Below, one piece after another: positions 63,631 to 64,000 of a DNA stretch of 64,000 bases (the stretch's first letter is position 1; the number at the start of each line of letters is the position of its first letter). The stretch lies in NCBI GenBank assembly GCA_045837725.1, contig JBEWZL010000123.1, positions 310,001 through 374,000 on the forward strand, in the 5' to 3' direction. This DNA comes from Vermamoeba vermiformis. Lineage: Eukaryota. A program made the translations under genes and the position numbers. A model generated the notes under the pieces. It made no database searches. It was not told the origin of the DNA and saw nothing but the letters and a program-made list of their open reading frames with translations.

Positions 63631-64000
63631 CTAAAGCATCTCAAAGTCATCAGCGGATCTCCTACAAAAAATTTTTGTGTTAATTATCCGCTCTAGATGA
63701 ACTATTAGCCTTTTAGATTATTACTTACTTCTTCATGCACATTACGACACCAAAAGTAGCACCGCCAGCAACCAAAACAACGGTCACTACAATAACAACC
63801 AACGCCGTAGTAGAAACGCTAAAATAAAAGTTCGGTTAGATCCGCTATTATATTTAATACTTAATATTAATAGAACATACCCAGTATCATAAGCAACGCC
63901 AATAGCAAAAGCATAAGAAATTCTATCGGCAGATCCAACAACCGTCAAATTAGCGTGGAAGTCCTTCTGACTGATAGCATTGGAGAGAATAACGAAGTCA
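63631..64000 (-). CDS. 3' end of a type I membrane protein (5' end outside window)
   Basis: Spliced ...GVSTTALVVIVVTVVLVAGGATFGVVMCMKK|RSADDFEML* gives a single TM and a short tail with a sorting-like motif. Confidence 0.65.

Noticed and set aside
1-64000. Full UGA-to-Trp genetic code change
   Set aside because: Conserved Trp codons examined are TGG, long ORFs lack in-frame TGA, and about three genes end in TGA. Only read-through remains plausible.

Overview
Gene-dense, intron-rich (GT-AG) nuclear DNA of a eukaryote. An F-box/SH2/ankyrin gene and a CARMIL-like gene suggest an amoebozoan, which is an inference. About 33 protein genes or relics can be reconstructed. Recognisable ones are BCKDHB, WDR68/DCAF7, a CARMIL-like LRR-WH2 gene, BLOC1S5, an FbxB-like gene, a degenerate ADP/ATP carrier, ABCE1, a SENP/Ulp1 protease, a peroxisomal enoyl-CoA isomerase, an MDR oxidoreductase, a CBM20 protein and a double retropepsin. 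The most notable points are: (1) two identical tRNA-Trp(CCA) genes with a G27:A43 mismatch, giving the 4-bp anticodon stem known to promote UGA decoding, set in ~210-bp inverted repeats that closely bracket the CARMIL-like gene; (2) a tandem array of 7 paralogous Cys-rich, putatively GPI-anchored surface proteins with a conserved dibasic site; (3) an ADP/ATP carrier paralog that has lost all three carrier signature motifs; (4) a strongly recurrent non-coding motif AGATCCG/CGGATCT. Scattered 1-bp frameshifts and a garbled segment (~18.4-21.5 kb) indicate an error-prone long-read consensus, so base-level claims need read support. Exon boundaries were read by eye and are approximate.
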